64,000 nucleotides of DNA, from contig JAAOMT010000479.1 in the NCBI GenBank assembly GCA_016748015.1, positions 523,824 to 587,823 of the forward strand. Direction: 5' to 3'. Position 1 is the stretch's first letter. Every line of letters starts with the position of its first letter. A program made the position numbers and the translations under genes. Under the pieces are notes generated by a model. The model was not told the origin of the DNA and did not search any database. It saw only the letters and a list, made by a program, of their open reading frames with translations. The DNA is from Geosiphon pyriformis uo1. Taxonomy: Eukaryota > Fungi > Glomeromycota. Shown piece by piece: positions 1 to 13,702 of this stretch.

Positions 1-2940
1 GGTAATTTTAATTACAGTTTTTTTTTAAGATATAATATTACTAAAATTCAGAGTTTTTATAAGACCAAGATATAAGATCTGGTTTAAATATTCTATTAAA
101 GTTATTTAAGATAATAGATTTCTAGTATTATAATAAATTGAATTTGATTTTTACTGTTGTTTTATCATTCTTGATTGTAATTAATAGCTTAAAATTTTGA
201 ATTATTATATAGTAGAACTTAATACTAAGATAAAATTGTTAATATAAAAACAAAAAATATTAAAATTTTATAAATTATAGATATCTAAATTGTTCTAATA
301 TTGGTTTTTACAATTCTAATTTGATAGTTTTTTGTAGCAATCTTTTATAATGTAACCAGATTTTTGACAATAATAACAATTATAAAAATCTTGTTTCTAA
401 GATTGCTATTGTTGTTGGCAATATTACTGTTACTAGTATTTATTAGTATTTTCTTTATGTTATAATGACTAATAAGTTTTTGTACTTTTAACAAAAAATT
501 CCTTAATTTTTTGAATCAATTTTTTACTTAATTAGGTAATTTTTGTATTAATATTAAAAGTTTTATTTATGACTAAATTAATAGTTTAGATATAATTGAC
601 TTCTTGTTTTATTAATTCAAAATTTTAAGCAAGTATTATTGCTTTTTATAAGTTGTCAAAATATTGGAGTTTAATAGATTAAAAAATATTGCTCTTTAGT
701 TTCTTAATAAATGGGTTAAAAATTTAATTTAAGATGTAATAGTTTTTTTTTATTGTTTAAATTTGGTGAAAAATTTGATTAAATCTTTCGAAATAAGTGG
801 TTATAACTTTATAATTTTTCTGTTTTATTATGCTAAATTGATTTTGTAGTTTAATAAGCATATTTGAATTATAAAAATATTATAAAAAGGCAAGTTTAAA
901 GGTGGCAAAATTAATTAATTTTTTATTAAAACTTTAATATTATAAGTTTACAGTTTCAATTAAAAAAAAAGATAAAACTTGAATTGTTTCAATTTTATTT
1001 CAATTATTGGTTCTAATTGCTTTTTTAGCTTTTATAATTTATGTATATATGTTGTTTTTTTTACCAAAAAACTTTTTCAGTTTAACAATGTTTCTATAAG
1101 TTATAATCTAAGTTGTTTAAGTGTAAATAAAAAAGATATTGATAAAAATATATTTGGTTGTTTTGTTAATCTTGAGACTGATTGTTTTTTTTGTTAATTG
1201 TTCTAATAGGTTACAATATAGATGTTTTTTTAAAAAAATAGTTGTTGATTTGGTTAGTAATTAAATTAAAAATAGTGTTCAAAAGAAAATACTTTTGCTT
1301 GGATTATTGGTAATTAAAATAAGACTTTTAAACAAAAATTTGTATTTTTTTAAAAATTTAGTTTAAAAGTTTTGGTTAAAGTCTTATAAATACAGATTTT
1401 TAAAAGTCTTTAAAATTTTTGATTGTAATTTGGTAAATTAATTAAGTAAAATTCTGCTTTTTGAAATTTAATAATATAAGAGAATTATTGATAAAAAAAT
1501 TCTTGATTTTTTATTAATCATAAGTAAAACTCTTTTTTATATAATTTATATATTATTATTAAAGTTAAACTTAAATTCTTTGAAATTGGATTTCAATATT
1601 TGTTTTTTTTTAAATAAAAGTATTACTTTTGTAAATATAACTCAATTTTTTTGTCAATTAAGAAAAAAGTTTTAGTTATAACTTTTATAGTAATTAAAAT
1701 TAAATATGCTAATAATAGTTGATAAATTTGCTCTTCAAATTTTTTTATATTTGTTGTTTAGCCTAATAAATAGTTAATTTTAGTGTGTACATAATAAATA
1801 AAATTGCTTTTAGCAGTAACAATCTTTGTTAATATTTCTAATTCTTTTCAAAAATAGTAATATAATAATTTTTTAAATAATAAATAATCTTTTTCTATAG
1901 TTTTAATAGTTACTATTTTTGTAAATTTTTGAGATGTTTTGTTTCTGTAAATTTTATAATCTTACAAGTAGCATCAAATATTACAAGTAAACTTGATAGA
2001 GTATTATAATAATATTTAGTATTCTAAATTTAAGTATAAAAACTGTAGAATTTTTTTAATTATATAAGAAGTGTATTAAAATTTATTAATCTTTGAAAAT
2101 TTTTATTATATGTAAATTTACTAGTGGGGTTTTTTGGTTATAAAACACAAAATGTATTTTTAGTAGTTTATAATTGTGAATATAAACTATTTTCTTTGAA
2201 TTAATTAAACATAATTGCTAAAATTTAATATTGTTTTTTTGTCTTTCTAATAAACTAATAAGATAAAATTAATATTTAAATTTAAAAAAAATTTTCTCTT
2301 TTATTAAGCTATTATTAAGTTTATTTTTATACAGTTGAATTTTTTTGTTGACATTTTACAAGAAAAAAAAAATCAAGAAAAAAAAATTTAATATTATTAA
2401 TTACTATAATCAAGAGCAATTGATCTAAGTTGTTAGAGTTTTAAAGCTATTTATGCTAATAATATCTGGTCTAGAACAAAAGTAAGAGAAACAATTAATT
2501 CAATTTTAACAATACAAATTATGTAGTTATATATATAAAAATTAAATAATATTTTTATTTAATAGTAAGTAAAAAAATATAAAAAAAGATAAAAAAGTTT
2601 TATCAAGTTTAAACCTAAGATATATTTTAAAAAAATAGATTTTTATCTTCTGTTTGTTATTTTATATCTGCTAAAATTATTTGTTTTTATACATATTTTC
2701 TAGTTTTACAAGATTATTTTTGATTATTTGTTATTAGTAACTATTATTTATTATTTTTATTATTGCTTTATTTTTTTATATTATAATCAGTTATTCTATA
2801 TTATAACTAATTATTCTATGCTATTTATGTTATTTTGTATTATTTTGTATTATTTTATATTATTATATTTTTTTATGTTATTATATATTAATTACATTTT
2901 TTTAATAGCTTTGAATTGGTTTTTTTCTCAAATAATATTA
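1..2940. repeat. Hyper-mutated, extremely AT-rich repeat relic (family not assignable)
   Basis: Very low GC, almost no CpG, G-over-C strand skew like the + strand LINE at 6.2-13.7 kb; the ORFs here are low-complexity F/L/I/N/K artefacts. Confidence 0.5.
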
Positions 2941-3135
2941 ACTACTTGGACCAATTAAGACAACATTATACACCAAATTTCTGTATTATTGTTTATATCT
3001 GAAAAAAACAAACAAACTCTATATAATCTAAAACTAATAATAAATAATTTAATAATATTAAGCAAACAAACTATTCTAGTCAACAAAAAATTAGACAGAT
3101 TACAAAAAACATATAAACTAATAAAACATATTAAT
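2941..3135 (-). mobile_element. LINE 3' end fragment (ORF2 C-terminus and start of 3' UTR)
   Basis: Reverse complement reads ...gaaatttggtgtataatgttgtcttaattggtccaagt, matching 13550-13588 of the + strand LINE (gaaatctaggtatatagtgctgtcttaattggtccaagt). Confidence 0.65.
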
Positions 3136-3138
3136 AAT

Positions 3139-3716
3139 ATTTTTTTTTATTACAAGTTTAACAAGTGAAGTCCAACCACTATCTAATACATAGAATCAAA
3201 CTAAATAAAACTAACTAAACACAGCTCACATATTTACTACATATAACTAATCACTTGAGCCAGATAAAACAACACTATATATTTATGCTAACAAATGCAT
3301 TACCACTTAAACCAAAGAAAAAATAACACAATTTGCACCTACCAAATTTAACAGCAAAAGATTCTACAACCCTAAGCATATAAACAACTCCAACTAACAA
3401 CATAAAAACTAAACAGCAAGACAAATCTAAAACCACATTATCATCTCCAACCAAGTCAGCCTTTTTTATATTAACTCTATATTTGATTCTGACAGCTCAT
3501 ATTTTGGCATAGTGCAACTTCATCACAAATTTATTGAACTTCACAAGAGCAAAAGTAGTTTTTTTCTTTCTCTTAAAAACCAAAACAGTCTTAGTATATT
3601 AATCTTTCAATATAAAGCTCTTGTAAATAAATGTGTACAGGTCTATATCTGAAAAACACATAGAAAGTGATTACAAAATAACAAAAGCAGATGAGCACAA
3701 AATACCAGATAACAAT
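3139..3716 (-). mobile_element. 5'-truncated LINE: ORF2 C-terminus, 3' UTR and poly(A)
   Basis: Reverse complement ends ...gtggttggacttcacttgttaaacttgtaataaaaaaaa, like 13660-13702; upstream translates LGVVESFAVKFGRCKLCYFF, homologous to the other LINE C-termini. Confidence 0.75.
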
Positions 3717-6171
3717 ATTTTTTTTTGTTTAATTTTTTATAATTTTATTTATTTTAAATTTAATTTTACCAAAATTTAAAACCAATTTATTATTTATAGT
3801 TAAATAGTAAAATATTATTTTTTAAAATAAATATTATAAAACATTCTTAATTATAAAATTTTTATTATAAGTTAAACATTTTATGTATTTAAAAACAAAA
3901 AATTTAATTCTAATTTTTTTGATTATTTAAAACTTATAAAGCTTAAATACTTAATAAAATCTTTTTATATTAAATAAAACCAACTTAATATTAACAAAAT
4001 TGAAATTTTAAAGTTTTAGCTTTATTAAGTAAAGTTTATATATATATAAATTTTATAAAATTATTATTATAATTTTTTAACAATTTTTAAAACCAAAAAT
4101 TCCAATTTAAAAAACTTTGTTTTTATTTTCTTTAAAATTACTAAAACGAATTTTAAAAACTATTTTATTAATTAATAAATACATAATTTTCTAAATAAAA
4201 ACTTATATTGTATTTAAATTTTTATTTTTTTTAAAATTATCAAACTTTTTTGTTAAGTTAATTGTTTTTAACAATAAAACATTTGTATTTTTAAAATGGT
4301 ATTTTTATCAATTTTTATTTGTTTATTTTTATAAAATAACAAATTAAATATATAAAAAACTATTTAATCTAATTAAAATAAAAACAGTTTAATAATTAAA
4401 ATTAAAAAACTTTTTTTATTTAATATTTTTTAATTAATCATAATATTTATAAATAATATAGTAATAAAAATATAATAATTATTTTTACTTCTTTAATATT
4501 CTTTTAAGTTATAGTTTTAGTCATAAAACTGTTTATTAAGAAATTAATTAATTTTAACCAAATATTTTTTAAAGCTAACATATTTCTTAGAGTTATTTTT
4601 ATTATTACTTAAACTTACAAAAAAACTTTTATTTACAGTTTTAACTATAAAAAAATTATTTTTATTTGTTTAAACTAATTTTATTTTTAAAAAAGTATTA
4701 ACATAAAATCTTAATAATATTAAAAAAAACTTATTTTTAAATAACAATTTAATTAATAAAAGCTAAATAATTATTTAAAAACTTTGTATATATGTTTAAC
4801 TAAATTAATATTTAAAATAATTGTAATTTTAGAATTTAAATAACTAAAATTTAAATCAAAAATAAAATTTTTTTAATTTTGTAATAAAAACCAAATTATT
4901 TTTATTTTTATATTATTTTATATTATTTATTTGTTTAGTAAAATTATTTATTTTTATTATATTATATATAACAATTTTTTATATTTATTAGTTATTAAAA
5001 AAAAATAAAAACATTATTATTAATACATAAAATATTTTGGTTTTTAAATTATTTAACTTAGAAATAAAAACATTAAAAACATTAAAATTTAAAGATAATA
5101 AACAATTAAATTTATTAAAAAAAATAAAAAATAATTTATTTAAATTAATAATTAAAAAAAATAGCAAAACAATCAAAAACATTAATAAAAACTAAAATTT
5201 TAGTCTAAATACCAAATTTAAAACTTTATTTCAAGTTTTTTTTAACATATTTTTAAAAATATGTTATTTGAAATTATTTTAAAAACATTAATAAAACCAA
5301 AACTAAATTTTAAAAAAATTATTTAGATCTAAAATTTTTTATTAAATATAATAAAATCTAAGATAAAAATATTTTTTTGTATAAATATCTATAAACTAAA
5401 CTTAATTTATTATTAATAAAATATGTTTAACAATTTTTTTAAGCTTTTAAAAAAATCATATTTTAATTCTATATAATCAAATTAATTATAATTTTTATAA
5501 TAATTAAATTTAATTTAGTTTATAATAAATTAATTTTATTAAATATTAAAATTATATAATAAGTTTTTTTCAATTTATATAATAATATCTATAAACAAAA
5601 TAAATAATACAGTTTTAAATTTATTTTTTAGTTTTTAAATATTTTAATTTTCAATAATTTTAAATAAACAAATAAATTTTTTATTATTTAATTAATTAGC
5701 AAATTAATTTTATTTAATATAATAAACTTTATTATGGTTTTTTGTTATAGTTTAATTAATTATAATTGAAATATTATTTTATAAACTTAAATATAATTAA
5801 AACAATTTTTTTTTAAAAATATCTATAAAAATTTTCTTAATAATTACAATTTAATTTGAATATATATTTAATTAAATTCTAATCTAAACATAAATTAAAT
5901 AATTTCTTAAAAATTTGAAAAAAAAAGACTTTTTTAAAATTATTTATTAATAAAAACAATTTTTTAACTACTTATATTTTTTTATAGAATTTTTTTTCTT
6001 AATAGCTAATAAATTAATATTCAAACCAATTTTTAATCTTTTTTTAACAATTATTAAAACAAAATAATTAGATTTTAAAGCAATAAAAAATATATATAAA
6101 AAATATTTTTTATTTTTATTATTAAAATTAATAAAAAAAACTTTTTTCTCTTCTTCATCCAAAATTTCCAA
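3717..6171 (-). mobile_element. Old hyper-mutated LINE-like relic (ORF1 homology at about 5900-6171)
   Basis: Minus frame ...IGLNINLLAIKKKNSIKKYK*LKKLFLLINNF aligns with ORF1 of the younger LINE (DIELDKVAEKSFQEKLVVIRKLFSKVNNF); T-run at about 3718-3726. Confidence 0.55.
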
Positions 6172-6240
6172 AAAAGAGTTAAAAGTTTTTTTTTCTAAAA
6201 GAAGTTTTTTACAATTTAGTACAATAAATCCAAACTGTTT

Positions 6241-8085
6241 TTGCTTGATTATGAAACCACTATTGACTGTAGTATTACTGTAATGAAGAAGTCTATTAAA
6301 AGCTTTGGCTCTATTAATAGTGAAAAAAACATTAAAAAAAATATTGCTTCTAGGAAAAAAAGAAAAGATGGTGTTTTAAAAGATAGTGCTGCTAGTGAAC
6401 TGGTCTTGTCTAAAAAAGCTGTTGGTAATTCTTGGGAGTCTGAAGCTAATAATACTATTAAATCTGATAGTGTTAATATAGAAAAAGAGTGTTTGGTAAA
6501 GAAAACCAGTGTGTATTATGATAAGAGAAGTTTGTTTATAAAAGGCAATTCTAACTAAACACCAAAGAGTCTGAGATTGGTAATCAAAAATGCTTTGGAT
6601 ATACTATTGAGAAAAATCAACTTTTTGGATAGTGTTGATAATGATGACATTTTTTTGGATACTCCTATGGTTTTCCCTCCTTCTTTGAAAAATTTAGTCA
6701 ATGTTTCTATTTAGAAGTCTTTTATTATGGATATTGAGCTGGATAAGGTGGCTGAAAAATCTTTTCAGGAAAAGTTGGTGGTAATCAGAAAGTTATTCTC
6801 AAAAGTTAATAATTTTAAGAAGACTTCTACTCCCTCAAAATTCTCAGAGATCATCTATGCTTTTTTTACTTCTGAATTTAGTTTGGCACAGACTACAGAA
6901 AAGACAAGAGCAGCAAATATTTTGGTAAACACTAATCTTAAGAGATTAACTAGTCATTCAAATTGGGCTATAGTGGTAAAAGAAATTCCAGTTAGAACAT
7001 TGGCTGAGGCTGTGCATATTGCACTTTCTGAATTTGGTTCTGTTGTGTTAATTAAGATGCAATTGGTAGAGCTATAACAAAAAGCTGTGATAAAATTTGC
7101 CCAATTGGATTAGACTGATTTGGTCGCAGCTAGATGGTTCATCTTAATCGAAAAAGATTTCATGAAAGTAGTCAAGGCTAATATTGACAAAGAATCATGG
7201 AATATTAGAGATCAGCATAAGATATTGCTCTACATACTGCTGATGGGCATCAATGCTTATAACATCTGGGACTTCATTGGTTCTGTAAGTGGAAAAACAT
7301 GTGTCATTAATCAACACTCTGTTATATATGCCCAAGTCAGATGTGCTGTTGTTTGTTTTGACTTTGCTGTTTTGCTTAATGCTGTTATGAAAACTACATC
7401 TGTCTTAAAGGGTATTAATTTGTGCTGATCTTATCTAAGTTCTGCCAAGTATACTAAGTGTGAAAATTTGGGTTATACCTCTTTAAGTTATTCTATAGGT
7501 GAGAATGTTTCTCTTGGTGGCCCATTTCACAGAATATTGTTAAATAATAATAAAAATAGACTGGCTTTCATTTATGCTAGACGTTCTGTTTCAATCTCCC
7601 ATTCTGTTTCTTTTGGTGGTGCTTTTTGGGCCAATATTGTTGGTGGGTTTTCTTTCTCTCCCCTTTTTATACACAATGGCTTAGCAGCTTCTGGTTCTTT
7701 TTCAAAGATAAAACCTAATCTAATAAAGTTTGAGGATTTGAACAATAGATTTGCCACTTTTGAACATAGTCTTATTAGTCTCGCAGAATGCATTGACAAG
7801 TTAGCTAAAAGATTGAACACATTTGGGCCAATGGTTTCTCAGTCTAGTCTTGGATGTCAGCCATTGGTGACACCTTCATCACAGAATTAAAGGGCAAATA
7901 TAATAATGAATAAGAGTTCAGGTGTGATCACTTGTAATGAAACTATTACAGAAGTGGTGGTTTTTGATCTTTCAGTTATTTCGAAAATAGAAGAAATTCT
8001 AAACAATATTTCAATGACAGTTATGGGTCTTTTGGCCAAAATAGACAATGCTGATTTGGTTCCTGCTATTCTTCCTTCCCAATAA
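6241..8085 (+). pseudogene. LINE ORF1 (nucleic-acid-binding, degenerate CCHC knuckle), in-frame stops
   Basis: Same-frame fragments 6241, 6727, 7120, 7468; eroded knuckle AKYTKCENLGYTSLSY; coiled-coil DLNNRFATFEHSLISLAECIDKLAKRL. Confidence 0.75.
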
Positions 8086-11000
8086 TAGATCTAGTTTGGA
8101 AATTTGCAACATGCAATGTTCATAGTATCAATGTTCCTGCCAAGTAGAATAACGTTGTTTGTTGGCATATGGATTCTGGAAATATGATTTCTATTATTAC
8201 GGAGACAAAGTTAAGGTCTAATATCAGGCCTTAGATTATGAACAAGTTTGATAGAGTGAGGATATTTTTTTCTGGCTTGAACAAAGAGTTTCTTGGTGCT
8301 GGGATGACAATCATTATGAACAATTCTCTTGCATATCATGTTTTCAAGGTTGAAAAAATTCCTGGTTATCTTATTTCTGTTTGGCTTCTTTTCAAAAACA
8401 AACTGTTAGTTGTAATTTTAGGCCTTTACACTGGTGCTTCTGCTGGGACCAGATTCAGCCAAGCTTATAAAATCAACTTTTTTATTGCCAAGACTGTTAA
8501 TTTTTCTATGTTTATGGTTCTAAATGGAGATTTCAATGAAAGTGGATCTAAGAAAAGTACTAGTTTTAAATTCTGCTTGAATTTGGGCTTGGTTAATTCT
8601 TTTAGTGGACATTCATTGGTCAAAGCTTCTACTTGAAACAATTTAAGAGGTGTCATGAAAGTTATTGATTACATTTTTGTGAACAAGAGTTTGTTGTTTA
8701 CAGTAGCCAGTCATAAAGTTGTTCCAGTTTCTGATTTCTTTAACACTAATCATAATGCTGTTTTGGTTTCAGTTGGTTTGGGTGGTCTCTTAGATATCCA
8801 CCTTAATAGTAATCATATACAGACCAATAGAAATAGGTAGAAGTTTAAGATTAAGGATGCAGATGTTAATAAGTGGTCATGCTTTAGAGAATGTTTGTTG
8901 AACAAGTTTCTGGAGAATATGGATTTATTCAATAATACAAAAGATGCTGAAAATTTGGATGTTATGTAGAAGATCCTTAAAGAGGTGATATTAAGCTCAG
9001 CTGATAATGTGTTTTCTAAGTACTGATTTAGTGACTTTAGTTGTCCAAAAAATAAGCAGTCTTCAAGATTCTTTAGGCTGAAATTGCTGGTAGCCAAATT
9101 GATGAAATGTTTAAGCTCAAATCAGGAATCAGAAGCCATATACCTTTTTGATGTATATACTATTGATGATAAGGAGGCCTTCAAAGCATGCATAATGTTT
9201 GGTAATAGTGAGAGCAGGGAAAGGATTTTACAACATCTGTTGGAGGTTAAAAAGTTGTATCAAAGGTCCAAGTATTATAAGTTCAGGGTGGCCAGAGATA
9301 TTTCTATCAAGAAAGCAATAGACAAATACATGGAAAACTTTTGCTCCAATAAAAAACACATGATTAAGAATGTTTTGAAACAGTCTTTCAAGAAGATAGT
9401 GCTGAACCATCTAGTTATGGATGATAAGTTAATTTTGGTATTTGGTAAAGTTAAATTTACTGTTAATGTTATCATAGAAGGATAGACAAGAAAACAGATT
9501 GCTCCCAATTTTCTGCCTGCTTATTGGTCAAATCAATATGCCCCTTTGGACTATGTTAGAGATAATGCATTTTCAAATGTCATAAATGTGATTGGATCTG
9601 ATGAGTTTCTCTTAGTAATCAAGAGCCTGTTTAATGGGAAAGCTGCTGGCATTTCTGGTATTCCTAATGAGCTTTGGAAACATAGAGATGCTCAGATTCT
9701 TGGTGGTTTGTTGGACATTCTCAATATATGTTTAGTGTTGGGTGCAGTTTCTTTACAGTGGAAACAAGCCTGGATTTCTATGATACCAAAGCTGTATGAT
9801 TGAGAGGGAACACTTACCAATACCAGACCTATTGCTTTAATTAAAACACCTAGAAAGATACTGTCTAAGGTTCTTTCTGATAGGATATCTCTGGCTTGTA
9901 GTAAGTTTAATGTCCTTCATGACAATAACTTCTTAGTTTTGAAAAGTATTTTTACTCAAACTCTGATTTTTGCCATTGGCTCTATCATTAAGAATGTGCT
10001 TAAAAAAGACAGAGAGCTGTGGTTGGTCTTTTAGGACATGTAAAAGGCTTATGACTTAGTCAAATGGCTCTATTTGTAGAACAGTTTGATTAAGATCAAG
10101 ATGTGCTCTCATTTTATTAAATTTTTTAGAAATATACACAATGATCAGACCAACTGGATGATAACAGACTTTGGATTAATTGATAGATATACTATTCATG
10201 ATGGGTTGGATTAAGGAGAAGTTTTTTTACTATTACTGTAAAGGATCTTCTATAATTCTCTGCTTTGTGAAGTCAAAAAACATAAGCAATTGTGTGGTGT
10301 TACTCATAAAATATAGAAAGTTTAGTAGTATATAACTTAGCCAATTAGAAGTAGCCATAGTAAATATGGAATTCCAGGATTCCTCTTAGAAGAATTGTAA
10401 AATTTCAGGAATTTCAGAATTCTCATACAAAAAATTGCAGGATTCCAGAATTCCAGAATTCCTCTTAAAGGAATTACAGGATTCCAGAAATTCCAGGATT
10501 CCTGATGTGAAAAATTGAAGAATTGAGAAATCTCAATTATGTATATATAGTGGTAGTATTAGAAATAGAAAAAACAGATCTCTTAGTTTAAATTTGATCT
10601 AAACAACATTTTACAGCACCAATATCAGTAAATAATTATTTAAATAACTAATCTATTCTCTACTATTGACACTTCATGTTAATAGTAATTAATACTTAAC
10701 CACACTAGAAAAATAGCTCTTGATCATGGCTATTAATGGAATACTAACTTGTAATTGTTTTTATTCATTTTTTTATTTTCTTTTATTTCTTTTTGTTATT
10801 TCTTTTGGTTTTACTAATTGATTAAGGATTAAGCACTAAAATACAGACATCATAAGGACTGGTAAAAGACCCATGAAACAAGGATAAAACACTTATAGAT
10901 TTGAGAATAGCTTATTAAAAAAATTACCAGTTACCACACTGAGAAAAAAATTTAACAGAATTGTGATTCCAAAAGACTACTAAAACAATTATTGAATCTC

Positions 11001-13566
11001 TGTCTATTATACAAAGGACTCAACAAAAAAACCTTCAGATACAAACAACTTTCAGATATTATCAACGTCATCAACTGAGCACCAAATTATAAGTTTGTTA
11101 TTTGATTTAAGATCCCAAATAATTATCTGTAACAGCAGTTACAGATTGAGTTTAAAATTTTTTACAAAGATTAGCAAAGTTAACTCTAAGGGTAGCAAGA
11201 CTTTCTTTTTTGCAGCTGGTGCCTTTATGGATGACACTATTTGGGTTGGAAATTGCTTGGCAGCTACACAGTAAATTTTGGACATTGCAAGTAAATTTTT
11301 TTTGATCAATAACATTTCTATTAATGTGGACAAAATGGTTGTCATTCCTATTAATCAAGAGGCCAAGAAAGTTTTGCTGTTTATTAGTGGTTCTGAAATT
11401 TCCATAGCCAAAAAGTATGAGTCTTACCAGCACTTAGGGATTTTTTTTTTATAGATGATCTGTCAAAGCCAAGTTTGGTCAAAGCTTATTCAGATATCAG
11501 ATTTTTTTCAAATGTGGTTTTAAGAAAAGCTATTACTGAGAAGCAGTTTTCATATTTGGTTTCTGCTGTTTTATAGCCCATAATTGGTTATAGGCTGCAG
11601 TTTAGTTGTGTTTCAAAGAATGTATGTAAGAAATGGGACAAAATGTTAAAAAAAAGTTTGAAACCCAAGGCCAATCTGCCCAAAGATTTCCCAAATAAGG
11701 CTTTGTATTATCTAAAACTTTATGGTTTAAGAACTTTTGAGCAGGTGCTGGCTGAAAATTTTTTGGCTGGTTTGGTTAGTTTTGCTAATGCTAACAGAAT
11801 TTTTGGTAAATTATTTGAACACAGAGTCATAGAGTTGTAGACTGCTAGCTAGATGTCCCAACACCCTTTTCAAGTTCTAATTGTGTTGCCAATTGATACC
11901 AAAAATTGTTTTTTGGCTGACATGACACATGTCCTCAAATTGTGCAATCTGTCTTTAGGTAGTCTTGGATGTGCTTGGTTTTGAGTTTTATTTGGATGTG
12001 GTAAAGTCTCTTAAAAAATATGGCATTGTATTTGTAGACCAGCTTTTAGACCATTGTGGCATATGTTTTATGTAGAACATTTTTTGCAGGTAAAAGAAGC
12101 TGGACTTTAGAGACCCAGTTCCTGTCTGGTTTGTTTTTATAATTAAATTTATCAATAAAGGTGGTTTGTCAAATAATGTGTTGTTGTCTTTTCATTCCAT
12201 TTCCACTGATTCTCTTTGTAACTTTGGTTACATTAGTGAACATCTGTTAAATTCTGAATTGGGTTTTATAACTGTTTATACTAATAGTTCCATCAAAAAT
12301 TTAGATACATTGGGTGTTTGTAGTGATACCACTGCCTACTTTCTAGATGTAAACACTAGCATTGGAGTTAAGATGGATGGGTTGCTGTCATCAACTCTGG
12401 TTAAGCTGCAGATTATTGCTCTTATTTTGGAGTGTATGCCCACTTCTTAATCTGTTGACTTGTTTACAGACAGCCAAGCTTTATTAAACATGTGCAATTC
12501 CATTAGTGATGTGTCTGGTTCTGACTTTTATAACAAATACTGAATTGAAAAGGAACATATTTGCCAAGTCATTTCCAAAAAAAATTTGTTAGTTACTTGA
12601 GATAAGGTCAAGGGTTATTTTGGTGTTATTGGAAATGAATGTGCCAATTTTTATGCTGATGCTGCTGTCACCTTTAGGTCATTTCTGCCTTTTGTAGTGC
12701 CTTATTGTTTTCTCAATATTGAAGGCAGACCTGTCTCTGAGAATGTTTGTCATGTTGCCAAAAAACTATTTAATGCTGTTTACTCTGTTGGTTGGAAGAC
12801 CAAGTATGTTGGTAAAGTTATTGGTGCAGAGCTTTGTGGCTATTTTGATAAGGCCAAGACCTTTTGTGTTTGGCATCTAATAGCAAAATCAGATCTGGCT
12901 ACACTTGTACTGTGTTAGTAGTGCTTTGGTTATACTTTATAAAAACGCTTCACTATTGCTTGTTAGTAGCCAAAAAGAAAAGATTGTATAATCTAAGATA
13001 TTCAAATATTGCTTGCATTTAATGTGGTTTGGTAGAAAACTCTAATCACATGTTTTTTTGTGCTCATAATGTCAATGTTTGGGAAACTTTACTGTCTGAT
13101 GCTATTCTGAAATGGAATGCATTGCTGGATGCTTTTGCTGATAGAAATGTGATTGCTAGTTCATTAAATAAGACTGTTTCTTTTATTGATTTGTTCACAG
13201 CACTGGCTAAAAGTTTTGTGTTAAAGAGTTGAGTGGTTAACACAGTAAGCCATTTGGATGCTAATTCTGGTAGAAATGCATTGGTTGTCAATTTCATTTG
13301 TTAATTTGTTGAGAGTTATAGATTTGCCATTTGGCTGTCTATGGCTAAGTTGAGATTCTTTTATGAAAAGCATAACCTTCTGCCACATGATGGTTTTTTT
13401 TTTCCTTCAATATCTGATATGTCTTTCTTGTAGTCTGCTGGAATGATCCAAGATTTGAGTTTCAGGTTAGATATCCATGTATGTTTTGGATTGTATTCAT
13501 GTTTGACCAAATCAGATTTTGGTTTCTTGTGTAATGTTTCTGTAATAAGAAATCTAGGTATATAGT
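8085..13566 (+). pseudogene. LINE ORF2: AP endonuclease, reverse transcriptase, RNase H, Zn finger (pseudogene)
   Basis: APE motifs WKFATCNV, ETK, NGDFNE, IDYIF, TNH; RT KAAGISGIPNELWK, NTRPIAL, AFMDDTIW; RNase H VYTNSS, VKGYFGVIGNECANFYA; C-terminal C..C...E...H.FFC. Confidence 0.9.
10298..11134 (+). mobile_element. Solo LTR (A/B-related family) inserted in LINE RT
   Basis: TGTTA...TAACA termini; homologous to LTRs at 36659 and 55787; flanks GTGG/GCAG (eroded 4-bp TSD); LINE frame KQLCG|YRLSLKF rejoins across it. Confidence 0.92.
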
Positions 13567-13702
13567 GCTGTCTTAATTGGTCCAAGTGACTTGTTATGTG
13601 TAAAAAAGGCATGAGCCATACTTAATTTAGATTTTGTTTTGTTTCAATGTATTTAGGTGGTGGTTGGGCTGCACTTGTAAAACTTCTAATAAAAAAAAAA
13701 AA

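Larger units (their letters stand above)
6172..13702 (+). mobile_element. Near full-length non-LTR retrotransposon (LINE), ORF1 + ORF2 (APE-RT-RNaseH-CCHC), degenerate
   Basis: Two ORF regions, 3' UTR, AATAAA merging into poly(A) at 13688-13702; interrupted by a solo LTR at 10298-11134. 5' boundary approximate. Confidence 0.9.

Noticed and set aside
979-5182. Short ORFs at 979, 2728 and 4988
   Set aside because: Low-complexity F/L/I/N/Y products of AT-rich mutated DNA; no motifs.
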